In this document: in pieces, positions 63,401 to 64,000 of the stretch
How positions within the stretch are numbered: the stretch's first letter is position 1
Layout: the number at the start of each line of letters is the position of its first letter
NCBI GenBank assembly: GCA_051362555.1
Contig: CM120648.1
Coordinates: 12,458,587 to 12,522,586, forward strand
Direction of reading: 5' to 3'
DNA from: Lingula anatina
Taxonomy: Eukaryota; Animalia; Brachiopoda
Length of the DNA stretch: 64,000 bases
Translations under genes and position numbers: made by a program
Notes under the pieces: model-generated
Seen by the model: only the letters and a program-made list of their open reading frames with translations
Told to the model about the DNA's origin: nothing
Databases searched by the model: none

Positions 63401-64000
63401 TTGAATAACAGCTTTATTGGAGTTTTTTAAATGTTTTCTTTTTAATTTTTCTTTTCAAACACTGGTATTTTTAAGATATGACTTTTAACCCCATCCAGCT
63501 GAAGCTCTGCACATTTTCTGAATTTCCACATAAGCAGCTGTATTGGTATTTATGTCTTTAAATATTATGTAATACTATTTTATGCTCTGTAATCATTTTT
63601 CAAATACTGGGATTTTCATTATGTGAATTTGAACTCTCATGGTCCTGAAACTAATGTTATTGCAAGGGCAGATTGAGACCATCTTCTGGGTCTTCCGGAA
63701 AATTGTCAGATTTTAATGTTTACATTGACGAGTATTTTTTTTTTCATTTGGAAGTCCATCAAAAGTGGAGGATGGATCAACAAAGATAACTTGAAATACT
63801 GTCAGAAAATATCTCTGGATCTGCTCCTGTTATTGAGCATGTTAGCTGTTTTGCATGATTAAAATTCTTTGTTTATTGACTGTGTTATTATAAGCATTAT
63901 TTATTATTGCATCAAAATTTACAAAATGCATCTTTATTCTGCATCTTTATTTTATTATTTTTTTGTCTGTACATTTGACAGCTTTGCTGCCTTATTGTTA
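60410..64000 (+). repeat. HINE head plus AT-rich repeat family with nested insertions
   Basis: TTTTTATGTACAGACACAGATGTGTCTGTACA at ~60410; blocks homologous to 34450-38990. Confidence 0.7.
61724..62717. mobile_element. ~1-kb TIR element of unassigned superfamily
   Basis: TIR GGTAATTCTTCGATCTTT; the paralogous repeat at ~37230-37280 shows the empty site; a lone terminus occurs at ~46175-46197. Confidence 0.7.

Overview
AT-rich, repeat-dense animal genomic DNA; a marine invertebrate, probably a mollusc or other lophotrochozoan (inferred from gene and TE style). The + strand carries a large multi-exon polycystin-1-like (PKD1L/REJ family) gene. I reconstructed 22 phase-compatible GT-AG exons (13744-60205, about 1421 codons, no internal stop) encoding C-type lectin, Sushi, TSP1, EGF-like, REJ, GAIN/GPS, TM1, PLAT and TM2-3. 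Neither gene end was found in the window. The introns and upstream region hold a decayed Ty3/Gypsy element (PNMA-type gag, tRNA-Ser PBS, 200-bp LTR, UUUAAAC slippery site plus pseudoknot), three L1/Tx1-type LINE copies, many TIR elements/MITEs and Helentron-like (HINE) repeats with ~161-bp cores. The most striking unexplained pattern lies in 39.3-45.3 kb: five splice junctions have each been tandemly amplified (12x50, 4x74, ~37x56, 2x~89, 4x~91 bp). Every unit straddles an exon-intron boundary and extends into the intron, creating dozens of decoy splice sites, many of them AG|GT. Also notable is a LINE flanked by a ~150-bp target-site duplication.
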